This document shows, piece by piece, positions 1 to 8,052 of a stretch of DNA of 52,499 nt. The position numbers were made by a program, and so were the translations under genes. The stretch's first letter is position 1; the number at the start of each line of letters is the position of its first letter. Origin of the DNA: Gammaproteobacteria bacterium (GTDB lineage Bacteria; Pseudomonadota; Gammaproteobacteria; SG8-11); assembly GCA_031370545.1 (NCBI GenBank), contig JANMQQ010000036.1:1-52499 (forward strand). The letters run 5' to 3'. The notes under the pieces are model-generated. The model was given only the letters and a program-made list of their open reading frames with translations. It did not search any database and was not told where the DNA came from.

Positions 1-93
1 CTGCGCTATCGCCGCCGGTTTCATTCCCATCGAAAGTTGCGTTTGGATCATCGTCCGTTCTTCAATGCTCAATTGCTTGTAGTTTTTTCCCAT
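1..93 (-). mobile_element. IS30-family transposase gene, first 31 codons only (continues off the left edge)
   Basis: The minus-strand ATG at 93..91 opens MGKNYKQLSIEERTMIQTQLSMGMKPAAIAQ, which I recognise as the HTH N-terminus of IS30-family transposases. An 11-bp stem (93-103 / 110-120) with GGGAG in its loop sits on the start codon. The fragment is too short for the ORF track. Confidence 0.55.
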
Positions 94-170
94 GCAACAT
101 TTTCTCCCAAAAATGTTGCACTTGGGGTTTGAGCGCGCCCAGTCGGAAAATAAGCTCGGGGGCAGCTATT

Positions 171-2315
171 CTATCGTGTAGCAGTGAACACGACTAAGGC
201 ACTCGGCTTTGCGCCAGTAGGAATATTGCCAGCTTCTTTTAGCATGCCGCTGGCTGAATCAATCGAGTAAATGGAAACGGTATTGGAACCTTCGTTCGTA
301 ACATACACAAAGCGTCCAGAGCCTTCCACCGAAATCGCCACAGGTGCTGCGCCTGACTTGACTTGCCCTACTCGTGTGAAGCGACTTTGTGCAGTATCGG
401 CATAGTAAACAGTAATGTCATTGGAACCCTTGTTGGCCACATACACATAATGCCCGCCGGGGTGCACCGCAACGGCGGTGGGGGATGTCCCTGCTGGAAA
501 TGGCGAACCAGGCACCGCTTTGACTTCACCATTAAAAATATTGATTGAATAAACACCTAATGCGTTAATGCTGCCATGCGCTAAGTAAAGAAATTTACCA
601 CGCGGATCGGCAGCAAGTGCAACGGGATTCTTTGCGACTTCAAAAAAGATCCGGTCTTGACTTATTTCATCAGCCATCGGCCCGGCGCTGTAATAGCGGT
701 AAACGAATACTCTGCTGTCGGTCGCATCCACAACATAGCTAAACCGAGATGCCGGGTGCAGCAAAACGCTGCGTGGCTCAACACCCGCTGGACGCGGAAA
801 GACAATTGCCGGCTGATCGACTTGCGTCAGCTCCCGCAACGTCCCAGTTGTACTATCCACGACAAAGATCGACATGGCATGTTCAGCGGTATTCGCGACG
901 TACGCATAGTGGTCGTTGTAATCGAGCGCGAGTGAACGCGGATCGTTACGCGTTTTAATTGGCGAGCTCGGAATTTCTTTAGGAATTCCCGTTGTAGGAT
1001 CAACCTGGTAAGCCGAAATCGTATTAGATCCGGCATTAGTTACGTACACATATCGGCCGGTTGTGTTAACGCTCACTGATGTAGGATTGATGCCGGTAGG
1101 CCGGGTCGCCACAGCTTTCAAACTACCATTCTCTGCATCAATGCGATATGCAGTCAGTGTGTTATCGTCGGCGTTGGTGACGTAAATCGACTGAGGCTGA
1201 AACTCTACCGGCTTATCGCCCGAAACTATCGCCATTGCACGGGGGCCTGGTCTTGACCAAGTGGTTTCGAGCGCGTTTAATGCGCCGGTTCCCGAATCAA
1301 CTGCATAGGTCGTGATGTCATGCGAATCGTAGTTGGGGCTGAAGGCAAATTGCCCGGAAGGTTCCATTACTAATGTGGCTGGAAGTTTGCCTATGGCCGC
1401 GAAGGGCGATCCGACAATAGCCGTCAACCCTCCGTCGGCGATGTTTACGTTGAACCCCATGACGCCGCCAAAAAAATCGGTTGCGTAAAGGTGTCTTCCC
1501 TTCGAGTCGAGACGGATACCGAAGGGAAACACTTTGGAGCCAAGAGCGAACTCATTCTGACGCTGCAAAACTCCCGTTACAGAATCAATGGCGTAGGTGA
1601 GGATGCTTTTGGTATTCCAACTCGTCAAAAATGCGAATTTGCCACTGGGGTGAATATCAATAAATTGGGGCGCATCGCCTGCCGCATAGGGGGAGCCGGG
1701 CAGATTGGTTAGTGTGCCTGTGAGCGGGTCGATGCGATAACCCGATACATTGTCATCCATAATATTCGTCATATAGACAAATTGTCCCGAAGGCGCGACA
1801 GCCACCGAGCGCGGCATCTTGCCACCGGGGAAGGGCGCACCTTTAACCGGAGTGAGCTCGCCAGTCTGGGCGTTAATCGCCATTGCGCCAATGTTTAGGG
1901 AGTTGCGACCCGCCAGATACAAGTACTTTCCTGCTGGGTCCGTGGCCATCCAAAACGGTGAGCTAATCTTAGGATTGTAAGGTGACCCCGGCAGTGGGGT
2001 TAAACGCCCAGTCATTGAATCAACCGCAAATCCAGACACTCTCATCGACGTTTGCTGCGAAACGTAAACGAATTTTCCAGACGGGTGCGTCACGACGGAT
2101 GAGGGGAATTTCCCAACAGGGACATGCCCGTTGTGGCGCAGTTGACCAGATCTGTTATCAACGATAAAACCAGAGAGGGTGTTGTCGTACGAATTCACGA
2201 CGTAAGCGAAGCGCGGCACTTCCGATCCGGCCGGTAAGGCGGCTGTGCTGGCAATAACGACCACCGCAATTCGCATCAACCTTAACATGCCGTCACGACC
2301 ACGCCGCTCAATCAT
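171..2315 (-). CDS. Secreted tandem 7-bladed beta-propeller protein (lactonase / YVTN-repeat family)
   Basis: 714-aa ORF with a signal-like segment MLRLMRIAVVVIASTAALPAG. It has about 14 repeats of the type GRYVYVTNAGSNTISAYQVD / GRFVYVTNEGSNTVSIYSID / GKFVYVSQQTSMRVSGFAVD, typical of lactonase-type propellers, which implies two propellers. It begins 15 nt after the cytochrome stop, so it is the last gene of the operon. Confidence 0.8.
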   Translation of the reverse strand: MIERRGRDGMLRLMRIAVVVIASTAALPAGSEVPRFAYVVNSYDNTLSGFIVDNRSGQLRHNGHVPVGKFPSSVVTHPSGKFVYVSQQTSMRVSGFAVDSMTGRLTPLPGSPYNPKISSPFWMATDPAGKYLYLAGRNSLNIGAMAINAQTGELTPVKGAPFPGGKMPRSVAVAPSGQFVYMTNIMDDNVSGYRIDPLTGTLTNLPGSPYAAGDAPQFIDIHPSGKFAFLTSWNTKSILTYAIDSVTGVLQRQNEFALGSKVFPFGIRLDSKGRHLYATDFFGGVMGFNVNIADGGLTAIVGSPFAAIGKLPATLVMEPSGQFAFSPNYDSHDITTYAVDSGTGALNALETTWSRPGPRAMAIVSGDKPVEFQPQSIYVTNADDNTLTAYRIDAENGSLKAVATRPTGINPTSVSVNTTGRYVYVTNAGSNTISAYQVDPTTGIPKEIPSSPIKTRNDPRSLALDYNDHYAYVANTAEHAMSIFVVDSTTGTLRELTQVDQPAIVFPRPAGVEPRSVLLHPASRFSYVVDATDSRVFVYRYYSAGPMADEISQDRIFFEVAKNPVALAADPRGKFLYLAHGSINALGVYSINIFNGEVKAVPGSPFPAGTSPTAVAVHPGGHYVYVANKGSNDITVYYADTAQSRFTRVGQVKSGAAPVAISVEGSGRFVYVTNEGSNTVSIYSIDSASGMLKEAGNIPTGAKPSALVVFTATR

Positions 2316-2330
2316 GAAGCTTAGACTTGG

Positions 2331-5138
2331 CTATGGGACCTGTATGCAAGCTTCACTACTCATGGCCATCCAAAACATACCGTCTTCACCATTCCCGGGC
2401 GGACCAGCGGAACCACAGTTTGTATCTTGCCACTGCCCGCTAGCACCAAAACTCCGCACTTTTAATGCAGCTCGGTTGTAGTAGGGCCCAGCAAGAAAGC
2501 CATTTGTTGTCTGTATCCGAACCTGCCCGCGCTCCGCAGTTGCGGTGTTCTCAGCGCCGACGTCATTCAGATTTACTAGAAATACTTTATTCTTCCAGCC
2601 ATGAGGTACGGCGACGTGACATAAATTACACCGAAAGGTATCAACCGCATTGGCGTGAAAAAGGTGCAAATTAACACCCATTGCACCCATGGCCATGCCA
2701 CCACCCATAGCTCCTCCGCCCATTCCCATGCACATCATCCCACCACCACCTCCACCACCCATTCCACCACCACCCATTCCACCATTCGCCATGCCACCAA
2801 CACCGCCACCCATCATGCACATTCCCGCTCCACCCAATGCAAATCCGCTGTTTTGTGCAGCGGTTTGAGCTGTATCTGCATACTGACCATAGTCGTGACA
2901 CTTGAAACAAATGTGTGTTCGCACATCCGGATTACAGGGCGCCCTATTAGCTTGGCCGCACGCATCCTCGCCAGTGCCACCAATCAAATCACCAGACCAC
3001 TTACCCTTGAGGAGAAAATTATTGGACGAACCATGCGGCCCCCAAACATTGCCATTCTCCCCACCATCCGGAACAACCGTACCTGCCTGAGTATTAGATC
3101 CGTGACAGTCGGTACAGTACATTGTTTGCACGCCCACAAACCTAAATGGGACATTCCAGTTGCGAGCATCCGCATGGCGAGCGGTTGGATCACGGCCAGT
3201 GTCGCTACGCACTGGATGCCAACTGCGATGATTGTTGGATTGAAAATTTACTAAGCTGGTCGCTGGCCCTGTATTGGCAGGAGCAGGTCCGGACCCGCTA
3301 TCTTGGGTTGTTACAGGTTCACCGCGATGGTTTGCTGGCGAGTTGTACTCATTAGCTTGGTTGGTGTACTGGGTCATTTGATTTGTGCCTGGGGCTGTAC
3401 CGCCCCTAAAAGAACCCAACATCGGTGGTGTTGCCCCGTAGGCGTAATTCGAATGACACTTTAGGCAGACCTGATACTCGCGAGTTACGTAAGGTTGGCC
3501 TACATCAGTAGGACTATTTACAGTCGGATCGCCACGCTTGATAGTGAAGGTAATGTTGCCCTCTGGCAAAGCGTTAAAGTTGCTTGATCCATATGTGGGC
3601 TCGACGCCCCACATGCCTTTCAATACCCCGGACGCGAGATTATTGTGCTGAGTGCCCCCGGTCATGTCGTGTGTATGCGTGGGCCCTGCATCCGGAGTAT
3701 TAGGATTCGCGTTGAAGATTCGATTCCTGATCACTCGGTGCGGGTTGTGACAGTCGGTACACTCCACATGGCGGTTGTTAAGATTGCCGTATCCCAGATT
3801 AACTCGTGCCTCAATGAAATCTTTGCCCGCCTGTGTAACTGCGGTCTCAGTTCCGATGTTGTGCACCTCTGGCGTAGCGCTATTTAGATTGAAGCCATTT
3901 GCCTGATCAGTTGAGGTAATCGGCATGTGCGTGTTGCCGGGGGTCGTAAAGTCGGTTTTGATATCGGGTACTGGCGTATTTAATCCTTGAGCGTTGAGCG
4001 TGCCACCATCAGATGAATGGCAGGCAAAACACGTTTGTTCAATAGCTGGATTTCCACCCTGCTTGATCAAGTAGCCGCTAGCACTAATTTTAGTCGGACC
4101 ATCGGTGCCCTCACGCAACAGGCGTCGAGAGCCTTGCACGGTGTGAATGTCATGACATGCCAAACAGGCAGTTTCCCATACCTGCTTCCCCTGCGGAAAA
4201 TCACGTACTGCCGCTGCTGCCGTTGTATATGTCCCAGTTGCAACTTGGCTATTGGCATGAGCGGAGCCGACCCATCCCTGCTTATCGTGGCAGGCGAGAC
4301 AAATAATATCTCGTGCCGGATCAAAAGCCGTGGCGGTCGGCGCACTAAGCTGAAAACGCGACGCACGCAGGAATTTGATATTTTCATTATTGAGTACGTT
4401 ATTGTCACGAATGTGCGGGTCATGACAGGTATTACACTGCACCATGCCTTCTGTTGCTCCAGGTGTTTTAGGCTCTAAGGGCAGCAGCGGCTTAACTCCC
4501 CTTTTGCGCACCCCGACGTACTGCGAGGTGGCAGGATCCCTCATATCGCCATCTTTTAATGCCAACGCTGAGTTAAACGTGAGAGAAATGGGATGGTCAT
4601 TTCGTAGATTCGTGCCGATGAAGCGAGTAAAGCCGGTATCCGTTCCTTCGCCAGGTGCCATTACACCATTTGGACCCGTGCCCTGCATTGCGATATCCGC
4701 AGTCAGTGGGTTTTGGTCCGTGAATGCACCCGTGAGTACATTCACCGCACCAATCGCCATGGTCCCGTCGTGACACGACAGGCATAACTTTGAAATACCG
4801 CTGGGCTGATCTAACGGCACATCAGGGCCAGAAGTCGCGTCAATCGATCCCGAACGATAGGTGTCGTAAACAGCGCTTGATAGCTTGCGATTCCACAATG
4901 GGGCTTGGGCCGTCTCAGCTGCATGAGGGGTATGGCAGAACACACAGATTTGTTTTTCAGTCGTTGCCGAAACTACGCGACTAGCACCCCCGGCCAAGTT
5001 GGGGGTGATGGCTGAGGAAAAATTATGCTTGGTGTTACGAATGTCGGCGATGCGCGCAGCATAGGTCTGGCTTAAAGAGAGCAAGCTCAATGCCGCAAAA
5101 AGCGCAATTACAATGATTTTAAACCGTTTGGTCCCCAT
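2331..5138 (-). CDS. Secreted undecahaem c-type cytochrome (paired-CXXCH type) with internal Gly/Met-rich tract
   Basis: 935-aa ORF with signal peptide MGTKRFKIIVIALFAALSLLSLSQTYA. It has 11 CxxCH motifs (CVFCH, CLSCH, CNTCH, CLACH x2, CFACH, CTDCH x2, CLKCH, CFKCH, CNLCH). Several are in the CxxCHxPH form seen in Geobacter-type multihaem cytochromes. Confidence 0.9.
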   Translation of the reverse strand: MGTKRFKIIVIALFAALSLLSLSQTYAARIADIRNTKHNFSSAITPNLAGGASRVVSATTEKQICVFCHTPHAAETAQAPLWNRKLSSAVYDTYRSGSIDATSGPDVPLDQPSGISKLCLSCHDGTMAIGAVNVLTGAFTDQNPLTADIAMQGTGPNGVMAPGEGTDTGFTRFIGTNLRNDHPISLTFNSALALKDGDMRDPATSQYVGVRKRGVKPLLPLEPKTPGATEGMVQCNTCHDPHIRDNNVLNNENIKFLRASRFQLSAPTATAFDPARDIICLACHDKQGWVGSAHANSQVATGTYTTAAAAVRDFPQGKQVWETACLACHDIHTVQGSRRLLREGTDGPTKISASGYLIKQGGNPAIEQTCFACHSSDGGTLNAQGLNTPVPDIKTDFTTPGNTHMPITSTDQANGFNLNSATPEVHNIGTETAVTQAGKDFIEARVNLGYGNLNNRHVECTDCHNPHRVIRNRIFNANPNTPDAGPTHTHDMTGGTQHNNLASGVLKGMWGVEPTYGSSNFNALPEGNITFTIKRGDPTVNSPTDVGQPYVTREYQVCLKCHSNYAYGATPPMLGSFRGGTAPGTNQMTQYTNQANEYNSPANHRGEPVTTQDSGSGPAPANTGPATSLVNFQSNNHRSWHPVRSDTGRDPTARHADARNWNVPFRFVGVQTMYCTDCHGSNTQAGTVVPDGGENGNVWGPHGSSNNFLLKGKWSGDLIGGTGEDACGQANRAPCNPDVRTHICFKCHDYGQYADTAQTAAQNSGFALGGAGMCMMGGGVGGMANGGMGGGGMGGGGGGGMMCMGMGGGAMGGGMAMGAMGVNLHLFHANAVDTFRCNLCHVAVPHGWKNKVFLVNLNDVGAENTATAERGQVRIQTTNGFLAGPYYNRAALKVRSFGASGQWQDTNCGSAGPPGNGEDGMFWMAMSSEACIQVP
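2676..2834 (-). repeat. Low-complexity coding tract: 53 codons of Gly/Met (30 G, 14 M, 5 A, 2 C, 1 V, 1 N) inside the undecahaem cytochrome
   Basis: It translates as GGAGMCMMGGGVGGMANGGMGGGGMGGGGGGGMMCMGMGGGAMGGGMAMGAMG, between haem motifs 10 (CFKCH) and 11 (CNLCH). On the plus strand it appears as runs of ccacc/cat. Confidence 0.9.
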
Positions 5139-5250
5139 AGAATCCTCGTCGCGCAGCGGATTGAGTTACGAGCTGGCACGTTCGCAAGTTGCTGCCTGTA
5201 TCAGGGGTGACAACCACTTCCGCATGTAAGTATGCCGTAGGTCAAGCCGC

Positions 5251-6297
5251 TCACTTCGATAAACCACCAATATATTCGAGAATCACTACGCGGCTATTGA
5301 ACATATCGGCAACATAGACGCGACCCCTAGCGTCAGACCAAACACCCGATGGCAAATAGAACTCCCCGATTTCAGATCCCGTACCACCGATAGGCAATAG
5401 TAACTGACCATCTGGCGAATATACTAACAAATGATCGTAATACGATTCTATAACGTAGACGCGACCCGCCCGATCAACAGAAATCCCTTTAGGCCGCGGC
5501 AGGTCACCAACATTCAACCCGCGTCGACCAAACTTAAGCACGTACTTACCTTCGGGAGTGAGCACCTGTATCCGCGAGTTGAGAGTATCCGTCACATACA
5601 ATTTGTTGTTAGCGAAGGCCAGGAAAGTTGGAAAGTTGAATTCCCCGATCCCTTCGCCCCGTTGACCGATGACCTCGCGTAACTTGCCTTCATCATCGAA
5701 GACTTTGATGTTGTGTGCGTGGGTATCAGAGACGTAAATTCGGCCTGTTTTTGGGTCACGCGCAATCCCGGTAGGTCGCTTGAGTATGCCATCGCCAAAA
5801 GATCCTAGTGGCTCACCATTGGGTCCAAGCCGAATAACCTCGGCTAAATCGGCATCCGCGACCAGCAGTTGGCCGTTCGCACCTGCTACGATTCCTGACG
5901 GAGTAGCAAATTTACGCGATTGCCCGGCGTCGTCCCAAAACAATAGCTGACCCTTCGGTTCATCAAATACAAATATGCCTCGACGCCCAACATCGGTGAT
6001 GTATACCCGTCCGCGTGCATCGTCGACCACTCCCGACTGAGGTCGCTGCAACATCAACCGATCCGGTTCCGAACTGGCCAGCCCAACCAACCAGCGCAAG
6101 ATTTTTTCAAACCTGCCGCCTTCTTCCTTGAAAATATTGTCTTCCCCGGTGAACTGGCCCACGTAGCGGTACCGCGCCATTTCGGGCTGTTGCGGCCAAA
6201 CTCTGCTTTCACCCGTCGCTTCATAGCGCAAAAATGATTTGGTCTCACCGCAGGCGACAAGTGTTGTCAATAAAAAAATAATTGCTAGAACGCGCAT
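5251..6297 (-). CDS. NHL-repeat six-bladed beta-propeller lipoprotein
   Basis: 348-aa ORF with lipobox MRVLAIIFLLTTLVAC|G. It has six NHL-like blades: GRVYITDVGRRGIFVFD, GQLLVADADLAEVIRLG, GRIYVSDTHAHNIKVFD, NKLYVTDTLNSRIQVLT, GRVYVIESYYDHLLVYS, GRVYVADMFNSRVVILE. Confidence 0.85.
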   Translation of the reverse strand: MRVLAIIFLLTTLVACGETKSFLRYEATGESRVWPQQPEMARYRYVGQFTGEDNIFKEEGGRFEKILRWLVGLASSEPDRLMLQRPQSGVVDDARGRVYITDVGRRGIFVFDEPKGQLLFWDDAGQSRKFATPSGIVAGANGQLLVADADLAEVIRLGPNGEPLGSFGDGILKRPTGIARDPKTGRIYVSDTHAHNIKVFDDEGKLREVIGQRGEGIGEFNFPTFLAFANNKLYVTDTLNSRIQVLTPEGKYVLKFGRRGLNVGDLPRPKGISVDRAGRVYVIESYYDHLLVYSPDGQLLLPIGGTGSEIGEFYLPSGVWSDARGRVYVADMFNSRVVILEYIGGLSK

Positions 6298-6315
6298 GTA
6301 TTCTGGGTGGTTGCC

Positions 6316-7422
6316 TTACTGCACGATGATCGGGAGAGCGTCGTTGTTGTCAGTTACAACACGAAACGCTTGAACACGGCGATTCATGCTGTCCGCAACA
6401 TACAATATGTTTTGATCTGATAGCCACATGCCGGTGATCTGTCTGAACCGACCGGGGGCGTAACCAGTGCCGCCGATGGTCGCAACGAGCCGGATGTCGT
6501 CAAATATCTTGATAGTATTGTCGGAGCGATCACTCACGAAAATGCGATTGCGCTTATCAACTATGATGGCCGTAGGCCAAATAATTTGTCCGCGCGCGAT
6601 TGAAAATCGAAACGCCCCAGTATTGATATCAATTTCCTGGAGCGGCAACTCCAGTCGATCAGCAACAAAAAGGGTATCTTTACCCTTTGCGATAGCAGTA
6701 ATTGCGCGAAATTTACCAGGACCTTGGCCCCGTGAACCGATTGCAGACATGGCTTGGCCAGTTTTGCTGAAGATCACAATATGGCTATAGCTACCATCGG
6801 CGACATATATCTGTCCGCGCACCTCATCCACGACAACATCAACGGGCCGCGCCAAATTAGCCGCATCGGCAAAACGGCGAACGAAATTTCCATTGGCATC
6901 AAAATAAAGCACTTGTTTACCGACCGGATCAGCGACGTAAAAACTAAGATCCGATTCGACTGCCATGCCTGCAGGGTCGCCGACGAATTGGCTACCCGCC
7001 AGCGCCAAACTTTGAATCGCTTTTGTGGTGAGGTTATAGCGATAAATCGCGCGCGTGCCCGCATCAACGATCAACATCTGGTCTTTTACACCGCCTACTG
7101 CAACTGGAGTTAAAAATGTTACGGTGTTCCCCGCGCCCACTATGATGCGCGCGAATTCGCCCACTGCACCGCTCGCCATCTCTTGTCGACCACCGGTAAT
7201 GGGCTCCATCGCAACCAAAACTTCGGGATCCCCCGGACGTGTGTAACTGGTGAGCGGACTGACTGGCCGAGTGGTCGGCGCGGCTTTTTCCGGTGCCGTT
7301 ACCGATGATTTCAATTCAGCAACGCTGCAACTTGCAAGCATGATAATGCCCAGCACCGGTGTAAGTGCTCGCCAAGTCGGAGCGTGATTATCTCGGAGGG
7401 GTGCGATGATCGGGCAGCGCAT
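6316..7422 (-). CDS. NHL-repeat six-bladed beta-propeller lipoprotein (paralogous module)
   Basis: 368-aa ORF with probable lipobox ...VLGIIMLASC|S. Six blades are visible: DQMLIVDAGTRAIYRYN, LSFYVADPVGKQVLYFD, GQIYVADGSYSHIVIFS, DTLFVADRLELPLQEID, NRIFVSDRSDNTIKIFD, NILYVADSMNRRVQAFR. The exact start is uncertain. Confidence 0.8.
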   Translation of the reverse strand: MRCPIIAPLRDNHAPTWRALTPVLGIIMLASCSVAELKSSVTAPEKAAPTTRPVSPLTSYTRPGDPEVLVAMEPITGGRQEMASGAVGEFARIIVGAGNTVTFLTPVAVGGVKDQMLIVDAGTRAIYRYNLTTKAIQSLALAGSQFVGDPAGMAVESDLSFYVADPVGKQVLYFDANGNFVRRFADAANLARPVDVVVDEVRGQIYVADGSYSHIVIFSKTGQAMSAIGSRGQGPGKFRAITAIAKGKDTLFVADRLELPLQEIDINTGAFRFSIARGQIIWPTAIIVDKRNRIFVSDRSDNTIKIFDDIRLVATIGGTGYAPGRFRQITGMWLSDQNILYVADSMNRRVQAFRVVTDNNDALPIIVQ

Positions 7423-7474
7423 AGAGCAACCTGTACCGCAGTGTCGTCCGGAAAAATGCGTGAAAAGTTTTATC

Positions 7475-8035
7475 TTACCGCAACCCTACATTGTCGCGAG
7501 GAACGCTGTGGCAGCGATTGCATTCCAGCGGCGGGAACGCCACTTTGCCATGGCAAACCCCGCAAAACTCGCCTTCAATAATGGCCGCCATAGTTACAAA
7601 ATTTCCACCGCGTTGAGGCAGGAAAATTTCTGGATGGCAGTTTTTACACGTTAACCATTTTGTATGAGGTAAATGGGGAAACCGCACATACGGCATCGAT
7701 GCGGTGTTTTTGAAAATCACATCGAAATCGACCGAGTGCATCTTCTCTGTCCCTGACAGCCCGGTTCGCGGATTAACCATGCCTTTGTCGAGCGTGTCTA
7801 CCCAATTAATGACGCCACGCTGATCGCGCGGGAAGTTCGCCATAGCTTCGGAAGGGGGTTGTAAAATCCTAACCGCGTCATTGGTCGCATCGTGAATTCC
7901 ATCCTCGGCAATTGGAACAACATGTCCGTTCAATTGAAAATGTCCGGCACCTTCATCGGCCACCGCAGGCACGGCCAGCATACCCAACACTAATGCAACA
8001 CGCACACCACTCGGCACTGAACCACGCATAGTCAT
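7475..8035 (-). CDS. Periplasmic c7-type trihaem cytochrome (paralogue C)
   Basis: 186-aa ORF with signal MTMRGSVPSGVRVALVLGMLAVPAVA. It has three CxxCH motifs (CKNCH, CGVCH, CNRCH) in the c7 pattern VRFPHLPH..C..CH...M...G.FCGVCHGKVAF...C..CH. Confidence 0.85.
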   Translation of the reverse strand: MTMRGSVPSGVRVALVLGMLAVPAVADEGAGHFQLNGHVVPIAEDGIHDATNDAVRILQPPSEAMANFPRDQRGVINWVDTLDKGMVNPRTGLSGTEKMHSVDFDVIFKNTASMPYVRFPHLPHTKWLTCKNCHPEIFLPQRGGNFVTMAAIIEGEFCGVCHGKVAFPPLECNRCHSVPRDNVGLR

Positions 8036-8052
8036 GTTCCGATCCCTATTGG

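Noticed and set aside
2655-3254. 199-aa plus-strand ORF with a striking His/Thr/Ser-rich run (HSSSAHSHAHHPTTTSTTHSTTTHST...)
   Set aside because: It is the antisense mirror of the Gly/Met tract (GGN/ATG read backwards gives His/Thr/Pro codons). The minus strand carries the haem motifs and the signal peptide.
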